Source of the DNA: a bacterium | GTDB lineage: Bacteria > RBG-13-61-14 > DATKZS01 | Reading direction: 5' to 3' | DNA length: 64,000 bases | Assembly: GCA_963674965.2 (NCBI GenBank) | Contig: CAXXFL010000006.1 | Span: 224,001 to 288,000 of the forward strand | In this document: piece after piece, positions 29,601 through 38,959 of the stretch | How the letters are laid out: each line of letters begins with the position of its first letter | Numbering within the stretch: position 1 is the stretch's first letter | Position numbers and translations under genes: made by a program | Notes under the pieces: model-generated | Databases searched by the model: none | The model's input: only the letters and a program-made list of their open reading frames with translations | What the model was told of the DNA's origin: nothing

Positions 29601-32600
29601 GATAAAGAAGATGGCTGGCCAGTTGCTGGAAGCGGCGCGCGTCGTCGGGCTGGACTCGCAAAAGACGCAGCTCCAACTGGCTCGATGCCCAGGCCAGGTC
29701 CATGGCCCGGTCGATTGCCGGGGGATCTCCATATTTGTCCATTAAGTCCATGACTTGCTGGCGGGTTTCGCCGGCGGCCAGAACCAGACAAGCCTGGACC
29801 CTTTCGCCCGGCTTCAATATTATGCTTGCGCGCAGGCTGAGGATGGGGTCGAGGACGAAACCCTGGCTGGCGCTGGGTTCCTGCAAAGCGCCCATTGGCC
29901 GGGCGAGCGTTCGGCCACGACCGATGAAGCGTCGTCGGTCAGTCTCGAAACGCAATTCGGCTTCCGGGTCCTGCTCCAGCGTAAAGCGATGCGCGACATG
30001 GATGGGATGGTCGCCGGATCCGCGCGGACGTCGGTGAGCCAGGAGCGCCCGTTGTTCGGGCACCGCCTCGGTCTGGATGAAAAGCTTGTTGAAAGCCGGA
30101 TGCTGCCGGTCCGCATTGTGCGGCGCCAGCGCCAGCTCAATATAACTGGTCAACTCCAGCCGGCGACTGCGTAAGGAGCGATTGATCAGGGTCAACCGTC
30201 GAATCTCGACGTCATCGTCCGGCGCGACAACCACCTCGGTTTCACTCTCGATGCCATAATCAACTCGCCTGAACATGGCCCGATCAAGGGTGAAGTTGGC
30301 TAAATATTCGGAAACCTTGCCGCCGGTCGGCTGGTAAGTGTTGCACCACAACCGATCCGTGCCTCTCTCGTGGATGTAACAGAATGTCCCCCACGAATCC
30401 CTGGTCCGATCCGATCGCCAGCGCGTGATTTCGATATCTTTGAAGCGGCTGTAGCCGCCGCCGGCGTTGGTCAGCATCAGGCCATAGCGGCCATTGGACA
30501 ACAGTTGGGTCTTGGGCGTGGTGGTATGGGGAGTTTCGAATTGGCTGACTGAAGGCGCGACTTCGCCGAGGCCCGCCACCGACGAGACTCGCTCCCGTGT
30601 GGAAACGTGGTGTAGAGGGGGGAGGTTAGGTATGCGCTCCTGAAGCAGGGGCTCGACCGATCGTATCCTCAGGTCGGACTGGAAATGGCGCTGAAGGGAA
30701 TTGTCGTGCAGAAAATTGGTCAGCGCCAGAAAACTCATGCCCTGATGATGCGCCATGTAGGCCCGCACTATCGCCCCGCGCTCGCCCTCGTCGCTTGATG
30801 GCTGGCTGTAATCCAGGGCTTCGTAATACCCATAATCTTCCAGCAGTCCCAACTTGGCCATTCGTTTCAGATTCCGCACCGCTTTGCGAGGCTCGATGCC
30901 CACCGCCAGCAGGGTGGCATAAGGAGCGATCACGATCTTGTCGGCCAGGCCGCGTTTGAGGCCGAGTTGCGGCACTCCGAAAGCCTGGTATTGATAGGTC
31001 TTATGTATGTCCAGGTCCGCGTAGGCGCTCTCCGAGATACCCCAGGGCACTCGGTGCTTGCGCGCGTGGGCGATCTGGATATCCACGGCTTCACGGGCTG
31101 ATTTGTCCAAAAGCGAATTTTCGTACGAGCGCTGAAAAAGCAGCGGCATCAGATATTCGAACATGGTCCCGCTCCAACTGAGCAGCGCCCGGCGTCGGCC
31201 GATGGAGCCGTAGGGCCGATTCATGGCGAACCAATGCTCTACCGGTACGTCCCCCCGGGCAATGGCGACAAAACTGCCGAGCCGCGCTTCGCTCGCCAAC
31301 AGGTCGTAAAAGGCCCGGTCCAGTCGTCCTTCCGAGACATTAAAACCGATTGAAAACAACCGGCGTTCGGCGTTATAGAGGAAGCCCATATCCATCGAAG
31401 CCGAGAGCTCGCGCGCCCATTGCCGGAGTCGCTCGACTCCTGCCAGAGTTTCTCCGGCCAGCCACTTGGACTTGTTAAAGGACAAAAGTATGCGATCGAT
31501 CCAGTCCTGGAGGGCAGCGTCAACGGATGACGTTTTCTTTCGGATAGCCTGGAGGTAATTGATGCAGTCGACTTGTCCGTTTGCAAGATCCAACAGCGAT
31601 GGCGCATGCTCGAGAGCTTGGCGAAAAGCCGGAAGGGCGTCGGGGTCCAGCCGGGCGACTTCATCGGTTGTCTTCTCCGATAGAATTTCAATCCAGGCCA
31701 GATATCGGTCCGCGAGGCCATGCCAGGCCGCGAGTTGGCTTAAAATCTGTCCGGCCCAATCGGACGTTCCCTTTAGTCCGGCGCCGGGTACTCCGGCCTT
31801 GGCGGAGAGGTCTCGGAAATAGCTCTCTCCCTGTCTTAACCGATCCGAGGCGTCGAAGATCAGATCCGGCGGCGCCTTCCACCCCTGCAGCAATTCATCA
31901 AGGGTTAACACATCAACCCCAACGGCCTTCTCGTCCCGGATCACTTGTCTCAGGACATTACCGGCATCGCACAGTCCTGCAAATACTCTCCCGCCCCAAA
32001 GCGGCGCCCGCGTCAGCGCTTCCAGTCCGGGTTCGAGCGCCCACAAGGCTCCCAGCAAATTACCGCTGTCCACGGTGGAAACGTAGCGTGGTTCAAGCGG
32101 CGTCAGTGTCTGAATATCGTACCAGTTAAGCAAATGGCCCTCGTGCCGCTCAAGTTTGTCGACCATCCCCATCGTCAGCGTCAGTTTACGGACGATCTCA
32201 TCCAAGGTTGCGTATCCAAAATCATGCGCGCTGAGTACAGTGACCAGATAGAGGCCGATATTGGTCGGGCTCGTCCGCATGGCCAGTTGATCGTTGTAGG
32301 CGACCTGGTAATTGTCCGGAGGCAGCCACGAGGTCTCTTCCGTCACGAAGTCCGAGAAGTAACGCCAGGTTCGCCGAGCTACATTCCTTAAAAATTGTCT
32401 GTCCTCGGCCGGAAGCTGCAATTGGGGCGGCTTTCTGGATGGTCGTCGGTTAAGGAGCCATCCAATCAGGGGGCAGAAGAACCAGAGAGTCAGCCAAGGC
32501 GCGGCCACCCAAAAGATCTCCGGTCGAAAGAACCAAATGGCGCCACCGCCAAGGACGCTGAACAGGCTCGCCAGGCCCATTGCAAACAGAAACATGGGCA

Positions 32601-35600
32601 CTTTGGCCTGTGCTCCGCCATTAGTCGCATGGGCTGAAGTCCATTCCAGCATTCCTCGATGCGAGATGTTTTTACGGTAGAGAACCCTGGCCACTGCGTC
32701 CAGTCCCATCCAGGCCTGGCATGGAAGCAGCGCCGCTTCAACCAGCGCCCGTAGCAGATCATGGGCCTTTTCTCGGGGTGAGACGGCCTTTATACTCTGA
32801 CCCTTTATCGCCCAGGTGAAAGGTTGCACCAGGGAGTGAAAGAACAGTTGGGCGCCGACAACCAATGTAGCGATCCACCCGGCCCGAGCGGAGATCAACC
32901 AGGCGACCAGCAACAGAGCCATACTTGCCGCGGGCAGTAAACTTCGCCGCAGATTGTCCAGGATTTTCCAGCGGTCGAACATTCCGAGCGGATTTTGGGT
33001 TTTCCCTCCGCCGGATTTAGGGACACGGGGCAGAATCCAGTCCACTATCTGCCAGTCGCCGCGAATCCAGCGGTGCTGCCGCTTGGCGTAACTTAAGTAA
33101 TCCTGGGGAAACTCGTCGAATAGCTCGATGTCGCTGGCCAAACCCACCCGGACGTGAGCGCCTTCAATCAAATCATGGCTCAAAAGTGTCGCCTCGGGAA
33201 ATTTACCCGAGAGCACGCGGCTGAATGCGCGCACGTCATAGATGCCCTTCCCGTGATAGGAGCCCTCTCCGGTTAAATCCTGGTAGACGTCGGAAGCCGC
33301 GCTGGTATAGGGATCAATGCCGATGGGGTCGGAAAAGAGCCGGCTGAAGGGTGAACCGTTGGCGCTGGACAGGGAGGGACTCACCCGCGGCTGAATGATC
33401 GTATAGCCGGAGAGGACCCGGCCGGCGTCATCCAGGCGCGCCCGGTTCAAGGGGTGAGCCAGGGTCTCGATCATCCGTCGGGCGGCGTCATGCGGCAATT
33501 GGGTGTCGCTGTCAAGAGTGATGACGAACCTGACATTCGATAGTTGGTCGGGGTCGCCGACATAAACCAGTCGGTGAGCGGAACCAGACCTCGTGCCGTC
33601 AATCAGGCCGTTGAGCTCTTCGAGCTTTCCCCGTTTACGCTCCCACCCTATATACTTCTGCTCGGATTCGCTCCATTTGCGCTCCCGGTGGAACAGGAAA
33701 AACCGCTCGCCGCCATGACGCCGGTTGAGGCCTTCGATGCGTTGGGTAATGGCCTCGAGCAGGGGCGCGTCCGTTTCACAATGCGCCTCGTCCGCGTCCT
33801 GGAAATCCGAGTAAAGGCCAAAGAACAGATTCTCCTCTTTATTGACCAGATAACGGACCTCCAGTTTTTCCGCCTCTTCCTCAATGGTTTTTTGGTCCAC
33901 CAGCATCATTGGCACGACCACCAGCGTTCGGCAGGCGTCGGGAATCCCAGAGGCCCGGAAATCCATCTTTGGCAAGATACGCGGAGGCAAGAGCCTTGTC
34001 ACCAGGTAATTCATCCCTTCCAGCGCGAGCTGGCTCGCGGGGATGAACAGGAGAGCGGCAAGGACAATAAAGGTCCACGGGGCATGGGCGCTCAGTCCCA
34101 AAGAAAGAGCCACGACAATTAATGCAGCCGAAAAAAAAGTCAGCCCGATGAAGTATACCGCCGAATGATGACGATAGGTCCATTGCCTGGCGCGGGTCCC
34201 CCAATCGTCATGGCACTCGATGAGTCGAGCCAGGTCTTTTCTTTTTTCGCCAATTAAATAGGCGCCGACGTGACTGGCCTCTTCGCCCTGGCCGGGATCG
34301 CGGCCGGCCCGGGTTGCCATCTCAAGGGCAAGGCGGGCGACTTGATCCTCTGATTGCCCTGATCCGCGGTGTAGGTCCTCAACCACACGGCGATAACGGT
34401 CGCGGGTGGCGAAATCCATCCGCGGATAGACTCCGGCGGGATCTTGCCGCAGCGTCTGCTCCACTCCGGAGAGTTTCTCGAAGCATTCCTTCCAATCGAG
34501 CTGGGCGAGATGACGCAGGCTGTTAAAGGCATTACCAACTGAAATTTGATCCTTGTTCTGGCGGTTTTTCTCGCGCAATCCGAGTTCGGCGAGGGATTTG
34601 TTGAAAGTGCGTTCCAGCCAGGCCTGCACCGGAGCCAGCGCCGCTGCTTCGTCATAAAGGTAATCGATCAGTTGCGTCGCTAAATAGGGGCTTGGCCGCG
34701 CTTGGGTTTCGGTCAGTTCCGCCAGGATCGAGAACAACTGGTTGGGATCTCTGCGGCTTGCGGTAATGAGCCGGTTTGCCCAGAAATCGGCGAATTCCCC
34801 TTCACGCAGTTCCGTCAGGGCCCGCTCGGCGATTAGCTGGATGTTTTCGATCAGGACGATCCTCAGCATCTGGGGGACGGCCCAGAGTTCGCCGATCGAA
34901 AGCGGACTCACCGTTTGATAAGACCCGATATAGTCAAGGATGTTTTCCTGATTCAGTCGCAGGTCGGTCTGAGACGCTAGCTCCCGCGCCATACTGTAGA
35001 TGCGCGGCAACCCCTGGCAGGGCTCACTTGCGAGCGCCGGCAGTTTTCGGTAGAAGCGCCGGGGAAGGTTCAGCCGGACGTCACGCGCGTTGCCCTCGAA
35101 GATATATTCGTTGTCGAGGAGCCACTCGGCGGTCGGCGGCGCGCATTGTTGAAGTAGATAAGCTTCGGAGAGATCCAGACATGCTTTTTGAAACCACTGA
35201 CGGCGCAGCTCGAGTTGCTTGAGCAATTTGGTGTCCCGTATCGGTTTGGGGTCCAACTTATGTTCCGCGGCCAGGCGAAGAGCATGGTCCCGCACCTGAG
35301 ACGAATTGGGTGGCTTTTCCTCACGGCTCCACTCCTCTCCGGCGGGACTGTCGCGGCGGGGGTGAAGGACAAAGACCGCGGGCGGTCTCTCACCGCTTGC
35401 CAAAAGCAGGACAAAGGGCGGACGCAGGGTTTTGATCGGCCCCTGGATGATAATGACGATTTCTCCTGGAAACAGACGGCGCGAATGATTTTCAATTAAT
35501 TCTTTATCGACGCCGAACCTCGATCGTCGTGTCCACACCCCGTTAACCAGGAACCCTAGCAGTCCACCCGCCAGAAATGGGAGAAAATAAACCGGGCCAA

Positions 35601-35847
35601 AACCAAGCATCGGCGTCGGTAGTCCAAGCCACATTGAAATTGCCTCGGCCAGAACTCCGAAAAGAATAATTGCCAACACGGCGCGCACGACCCAAATTCG
35701 GCGAAAGGGATCCATCTTTTGGAGTTTTCCTTCCACGCTTTTGCTCACCAGCGCAATTTGACGGATACTCTCTCCTTGCAATTTGGCGAAGGCTTCACGA
35801 GCTTCATCTGGTTTCGCGAAGTAGCTTATGAGGATGCCTTTTTTCAT
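26650..35847 (-). CDS. ndvB: Cyclic beta-1,2-glucan synthetase (GT84 + glucoamylase-like + GH94), NdvB/ChvB/Cgs
   Basis: WLLDN, GWERKRGKL, ITLDSDT, LLSHDLIEG, RWIRGDWQ, YDLLASEARL, SWSGTMFEYLMP, YQSGGAFGYRDQLQD, GDWNDG, RENGGQYTH, WYTGSAAW. Confidence 0.93.
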   Translation of the reverse strand: MKKGILISYFAKPDEAREAFAKLQGESIRQIALVSKSVEGKLQKMDPFRRIWVVRAVLAIILFGVLAEAISMWLGLPTPMLGFGPVYFLPFLAGGLLGFLVNGVWTRRSRFGVDKELIENHSRRLFPGEIVIIIQGPIKTLRPPFVLLLASGERPPAVFVLHPRRDSPAGEEWSREEKPPNSSQVRDHALRLAAEHKLDPKPIRDTKLLKQLELRRQWFQKACLDLSEAYLLQQCAPPTAEWLLDNEYIFEGNARDVRLNLPRRFYRKLPALASEPCQGLPRIYSMARELASQTDLRLNQENILDYIGSYQTVSPLSIGELWAVPQMLRIVLIENIQLIAERALTELREGEFADFWANRLITASRRDPNQLFSILAELTETQARPSPYLATQLIDYLYDEAAALAPVQAWLERTFNKSLAELGLREKNRQNKDQISVGNAFNSLRHLAQLDWKECFEKLSGVEQTLRQDPAGVYPRMDFATRDRYRRVVEDLHRGSGQSEDQVARLALEMATRAGRDPGQGEEASHVGAYLIGEKRKDLARLIECHDDWGTRARQWTYRHHSAVYFIGLTFFSAALIVVALSLGLSAHAPWTFIVLAALLFIPASQLALEGMNYLVTRLLPPRILPKMDFRASGIPDACRTLVVVPMMLVDQKTIEEEAEKLEVRYLVNKEENLFFGLYSDFQDADEAHCETDAPLLEAITQRIEGLNRRHGGERFFLFHRERKWSESEQKYIGWERKRGKLEELNGLIDGTRSGSAHRLVYVGDPDQLSNVRFVITLDSDTQLPHDAARRMIETLAHPLNRARLDDAGRVLSGYTIIQPRVSPSLSSANGSPFSRLFSDPIGIDPYTSAASDVYQDLTGEGSYHGKGIYDVRAFSRVLSGKFPEATLLSHDLIEGAHVRVGLASDIELFDEFPQDYLSYAKRQHRWIRGDWQIVDWILPRVPKSGGGKTQNPLGMFDRWKILDNLRRSLLPAASMALLLVAWLISARAGWIATLVVGAQLFFHSLVQPFTWAIKGQSIKAVSPREKAHDLLRALVEAALLPCQAWMGLDAVARVLYRKNISHRGMLEWTSAHATNGGAQAKVPMFLFAMGLASLFSVLGGGAIWFFRPEIFWVAAPWLTLWFFCPLIGWLLNRRPSRKPPQLQLPAEDRQFLRNVARRTWRYFSDFVTEETSWLPPDNYQVAYNDQLAMRTSPTNIGLYLVTVLSAHDFGYATLDEIVRKLTLTMGMVDKLERHEGHLLNWYDIQTLTPLEPRYVSTVDSGNLLGALWALEPGLEALTRAPLWGGRVFAGLCDAGNVLRQVIRDEKAVGVDVLTLDELLQGWKAPPDLIFDASDRLRQGESYFRDLSAKAGVPGAGLKGTSDWAGQILSQLAAWHGLADRYLAWIEILSEKTTDEVARLDPDALPAFRQALEHAPSLLDLANGQVDCINYLQAIRKKTSSVDAALQDWIDRILLSFNKSKWLAGETLAGVERLRQWARELSASMDMGFLYNAERRLFSIGFNVSEGRLDRAFYDLLASEARLGSFVAIARGDVPVEHWFAMNRPYGSIGRRRALLSWSGTMFEYLMPLLFQRSYENSLLDKSAREAVDIQIAHARKHRVPWGISESAYADLDIHKTYQYQAFGVPQLGLKRGLADKIVIAPYATLLAVGIEPRKAVRNLKRMAKLGLLEDYGYYEALDYSQPSSDEGERGAIVRAYMAHHQGMSFLALTNFLHDNSLQRHFQSDLRIRSVEPLLQERIPNLPPLHHVSTRERVSSVAGLGEVAPSVSQFETPHTTTPKTQLLSNGRYGLMLTNAGGGYSRFKDIEITRWRSDRTRDSWGTFCYIHERGTDRLWCNTYQPTGGKVSEYLANFTLDRAMFRRVDYGIESETEVVVAPDDDVEIRRLTLINRSLRSRRLELTSYIELALAPHNADRQHPAFNKLFIQTEAVPEQRALLAHRRPRGSGDHPIHVAHRFTLEQDPEAELRFETDRRRFIGRGRTLARPMGALQEPSASQGFVLDPILSLRASIILKPGERVQACLVLAAGETRQQVMDLMDKYGDPPAIDRAMDLAWASSQLELRLLRVQPDDARRFQQLASHLLYPNPLLRSARQCILDNRKGQAGLWTYAISGDLPIALVAINETSDLILVRQMLQAHAYWRLHGLSADLIILNAEAGGYEQPLREQLEHLIQAHSAHTGIDRPGGVHLRGVDLIPADDLTLLRAAASVVMVAARGALPQQLSVSPEAPDLLRPMVGKRDPRDPSAALPFLELDYFNSLGGFTPDGREYAIYLGPGMNTPAPWVNIIANPAFGTLVSETGAGFTWQGNSQRNRITAWSNDPVMDSPSEAIYVRDEETGAYWTPTASPVREETAYRARHGAGYTVFEHNSHGIEQELTVFAPVDDHGGEPIKLSRLFLRNDTARTRNLSVTYYAEWTLGESRESSQMHVVTDWDGEVQAVTARNCYHPDYADRLAFAALSAPAENYTGDRTAFIGRNRSMANPTAMDLIGLWGRTGAGLDPCAGLQVALKLAPGERAEITCMLGQASSTAEVHELVTAYRDAQAVEAALRQTQSWWDKQLGAIKVHTPELAADFMINHWLPYQNLVCRVWGRSAFYQSGGAFGYRDQLQDVMALLYANPALAREHILLAAGRQFPEGDVQHWWHPPRGEGIRSRITDDLLWLPFVVAQYLRITADSNILSELVPFIDAPPLKDEQHESYQSPMTSSERATLFEHCQRAVRRGQNFGVHGLPLMGTGDWNDGMNLVGAGGKGESVWLAWFLADVLKGMAQMSESLGCTDLRDAYMQDRKELIQRVEQSAWDGEWYLRAFFDDGSPLGAKKNLEARIDSLPQSWAWLSGGGDRDRAGEALESAWRHLVREDERLVLLFDPPFDQAQPSPGYIKDYPPGVRENGGQYTHGAVWLAMAMARSGDGARAAEIMRLLNPIEHSRDPETVWRYGVEPYVVAADVYNLTGWVGHGGWSWYTGSAAWMYRAWVEEILGLKVRGETLRIDPVIPGWWDGFQLSYRHGEAIYEIQVENAEHSERGVVLVELDGQRVNDGLIMLNRELVKHRVLVRMGKPAAVDDDSRPG

Positions 35848-35986
35848 TCACTATCCTTAAGGAGAGAATTAGCCGGAAGGCTATCGATCAATCGCGGCGC
35901 GGACCGATCAACGAACTTCGCTATCCCTGCTTCAAGAAGTTTATTGAAGACGGTGATTTCCGTCGCGCCGATCCAAAAGCATTCCT

Positions 35987-37012
35987 TTAGCATTCCTCCG
36001 TTTCCCCTGATCGCGCCGGGCCCAATACGACCCGGTTCTTGCCGATCCTCTTCGCCTTGTAAAGCGCCTGGTCCGCTCTTTCGACAAGCGCTTGAGTCGA
36101 AGTTATCGTGTGGTCGCATACGGCAACTCCCACGCTAACGGTAATTCCTTGTCCCTGACCAGTCAGGCTTTCGACGCCTTTCCTGATTCTTTCCGCGATT
36201 TCGAGCGCTTCGCCGGCGTTTTTTGTGGACGGCAGAATCACCGAGAATTCCTCACCGCCAAAGCGGCAACAAATATCCGATTCTCTTACTTGCTCTTCCA
36301 TCGTTTTAGCAACTTCGAGAAGTATCCGGTCTCCTTGTTGGTGGCCATACTGATCGTTGATTGACTTGAAGTCATCAATGTCCATCAGAATCAAAGACAA
36401 GCCGGCTCCATATCGTCTGTGGTTTTTCAACTCCAGCTCAAGCAACTCGTAACAGCTCGAGTGGTTGAAAAGGCCCGTCATTCCGTCGCGCATCGAAAGA
36501 TTCGCTAATTCTGAAACATAAACCTCGGTGATCAGTGTTGGCCTCTTCAAGGACTTCGTAATGTTCGAAAGGTAGTCCAATGTGGCGACGGTAATGCGTA
36601 CGTCTCTGCCCAGTTTTTCCGACACAAGGTACTTGTGAGACAGGATTTCTCTCCATAAACCCTCGGCAATCTCGGGTGCAAAGTATTGGTGGGAAATAGA
36701 ATATAAAAGATCAGAATAAAACGCGCTTCCTCTACTGTCCTTCTGTATACGTATGAGGGTCCTTTCCGCCTCGGAAATTTCACGGTCTCCTGCGAAAGCA
36801 GACACTAATTTAATGCTCATGGCATTGGGAGTTATCGTTCTCCTTAACCGATCAGCATTGTTTTCGTTTTGTGAAATTCTATTAATTTCACCGCCGCTGC
36901 CAACCATAAGTTGTTCTCCTTTAGCAATTACTTCTTTTTTATCTGTTTCGGCCAAAACCTCAAGTTTCCTCCATGTGCATGATGAAAAAGCGCTTGTATA
37001 CTCGGACGGCAT
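35987..37012 (-). CDS. Diguanylate cyclase (GGDEF domain)
   Basis: DGMTGLFN, DIDDFKSINDQYGH, RFGGEEF with RESD I-site; start uncertain (may be 36910 or later). Confidence 0.88.
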   Translation of the reverse strand: MPSEYTSAFSSCTWRKLEVLAETDKKEVIAKGEQLMVGSGGEINRISQNENNADRLRRTITPNAMSIKLVSAFAGDREISEAERTLIRIQKDSRGSAFYSDLLYSISHQYFAPEIAEGLWREILSHKYLVSEKLGRDVRITVATLDYLSNITKSLKRPTLITEVYVSELANLSMRDGMTGLFNHSSCYELLELELKNHRRYGAGLSLILMDIDDFKSINDQYGHQQGDRILLEVAKTMEEQVRESDICCRFGGEEFSVILPSTKNAGEALEIAERIRKGVESLTGQGQGITVSVGVAVCDHTITSTQALVERADQALYKAKRIGKNRVVLGPARSGETEEC

Positions 37013-37101
37013 TCATCAGATCGCCTTTCGAATGGCTTGCTCCGCGGACTTTGCCAGCCCGAGCGAGAATCGGCAAAATCCGAAAGGACAGCCATATTTG
37101 T

Positions 37102-38064
37102 TTACGCCATCTTGGCCAGGGCCGGCTCCGGATTGTCGAGCGGATCTCTCACCGTCTGGTCAGCCTCGATCATGGCGGTTCGCATTTGTTCGGTCAGGGA
37201 GGTGAGATTGCCCGGAGAGTGCGGAATTAGAATAGCGTTCGATCGCGACGAGGCGCCGATCTCCTTTAGCATGTCAAAGTACTGAGTCATGAGGATAAGA
37301 TTCATCACGTCCTTGGCCGTCGTGCCGGGCACGGACTTCTGGAACTCGTCCACTGAATCGCGCAGACCAGCGACGATGGCCTGTCGTTGATCGGCAATGC
37401 CGCGGCCTTGCAGGGCCTTGCTCTGGGCGTCGCCCTCCGCCGCCTTGACCTTCAGAATTCGATCCGCTTCCCCTCTCTCGGTAGCAGCCACTCGCATCCG
37501 CTGAGCCGCGTTGATTTCGTTCATCGACGCCTTCACCATCGCGTCCGGGTCGATGTCCGTAACAAGAGCCTTGAGAATCCCGTAGCCAAAGCCCTCCATG
37601 ACCTGGGCAAGCTCGCTCATAACGATGTTGGCGATGTCATCCTTCTTCTCGAAGACGTCATCGAGTTTGATCTTCGGGACCTGAGCGCGCACGACATCAA
37701 AGACGAACGAAGTGATCTGACGGTTGGCGTTGTCCAGTTTATAGAACGCCTCGTAGACCTTTTCCGGCAGGACGTAGTACTGCACGGCGACCACCATGCG
37801 GACGAACACGTTGTCTTCCGTCTTGGTCTCGATCTCGACGTCCAGTTGCTGGACGCGCAGGTTTACACGGCCGACCACCTTGTCGATGAAGGGAATCTTG
37901 ACGCGGACGCCGGGTTCGGCTTGCCGTATGAATTTTCCCAGCCGCTGGACGATCGCGGTTGTCCGTTGCTCCACGGTAAAAATAGTGGCTGTAAGAAACG
38001 GTACCGCCGCGGCTACCAATAAAATCGCGATGATGACGAGGTAGTTCATTGGTCCAATTTGCAT
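37102..38064 (-). CDS. SPFH/band-7 domain protein
   Basis: VQRLGKF, ETKTEDNVFV, FDVVRAQVP, MNEINAAQR, TQYFDML; SD AGGAGA before ATG 38064. Confidence 0.9.
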   Translation of the reverse strand: MQIGPMNYLVIIAILLVAAAVPFLTATIFTVEQRTTAIVQRLGKFIRQAEPGVRVKIPFIDKVVGRVNLRVQQLDVEIETKTEDNVFVRMVVAVQYYVLPEKVYEAFYKLDNANRQITSFVFDVVRAQVPKIKLDDVFEKKDDIANIVMSELAQVMEGFGYGILKALVTDIDPDAMVKASMNEINAAQRMRVAATERGEADRILKVKAAEGDAQSKALQGRGIADQRQAIVAGLRDSVDEFQKSVPGTTAKDVMNLILMTQYFDMLKEIGASSRSNAILIPHSPGNLTSLTEQMRTAMIEADQTVRDPLDNPEPALAKMA

Positions 38065-38095
38065 GAGATTTCTCCTGTTTGATTTTCTGGTCTTA

Positions 38096-38344
38096 TTAAA
38101 TTTTGCCACGCTTTCCTGACTTTTTCTTTTCTTTTTCCGATTCGTCTTCAGCATAGCTATTAAGGATTTCACCTTGTTGCATTAGGCTCTCCCATTGATT
38201 TTTGTCCACGTTGGACAGTTTGTGTGCATAGTTGAAAACTTTCTCCCGGGTGAAGCCCTTAGCGTAAAGGGCCTTAGCGCAACGACAAGCTTTGACGCCA
38301 TCGTTTGTATTGATTGCGTCTTTCAAAGCATCCTCGATTTTCAA
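38096..38344 (-). CDS. Hypothetical protein
   Basis: 82-aa ORF with SD AGAGGT, co-directional with neighbours. Confidence 0.45.
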   Translation of the reverse strand: MKIEDALKDAINTNDGVKACRCAKALYAKGFTREKVFNYAHKLSNVDKNQWESLMQQGEILNSYAEDESEKEKKKSGKRGKI

Positions 38345-38542
38345 TTTCTTACCTCTTTATTGTATTCAATGAAGCAGATTAATGGCTTGTCATATCCGGT
38401 GGCGCGGCATCTCTCTTATGTCGCGCCATGTTCGAGCGACCGTTCGCGCGAGTGACGCGACCCTGGAACAGCTCCGGTTCGAGGGGACGCGACCTCTCCA
38501 GCCGGGCTGTCCTAGGGACGGTCCTTGCGGCGTCGTGGCCGA

Positions 38543-38794
38543 TTAATCCCGAGGCTCGAAATGGGCCAGCGCCAGATTCACTTGAGCGTCAAATAGCTCC
38601 TTCTTCGGGACCACGGATTTCACGATGTTATGAATCTGCGACCTGGAGTACCGCGCCTCGCGAGTGTCCGGGTGATCGGACATGACGCCCTTGTAAAGAT
38701 CAAGAGCCCCATGCAGGTCCTTTTCAGTGTAGTGCGCCGCATATGCCGCCGCGTACCGCATGCCCGCTTCAGAATGTTTTGTTTCGTTCTTCAT
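38543..38794 (-). CDS. Small TPR-like hypothetical protein
   Basis: YAAAYAAHY...ALDLYKGVMSDHPDTREARYS; SD AAGGAG. Confidence 0.65.
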   Translation of the reverse strand: MKNETKHSEAGMRYAAAYAAHYTEKDLHGALDLYKGVMSDHPDTREARYSRSQIHNIVKSVVPKKELFDAQVNLALAHFEPRD

Positions 38795-38959
38795 TATTAT
38801 TCTCCTTATTCTAAATATTGTTTACGGATAAAACGCTTGACCTCATGATTAAGCGTATATCCGTATCGTCGGGACATTCTTCCTTTAAACCGCTTCTCCC
38901 GTCCTCATGATTCCATCGCGCCGAAACCTTTCAGCTTGCTGCTACGTCTCGGGGGAAAA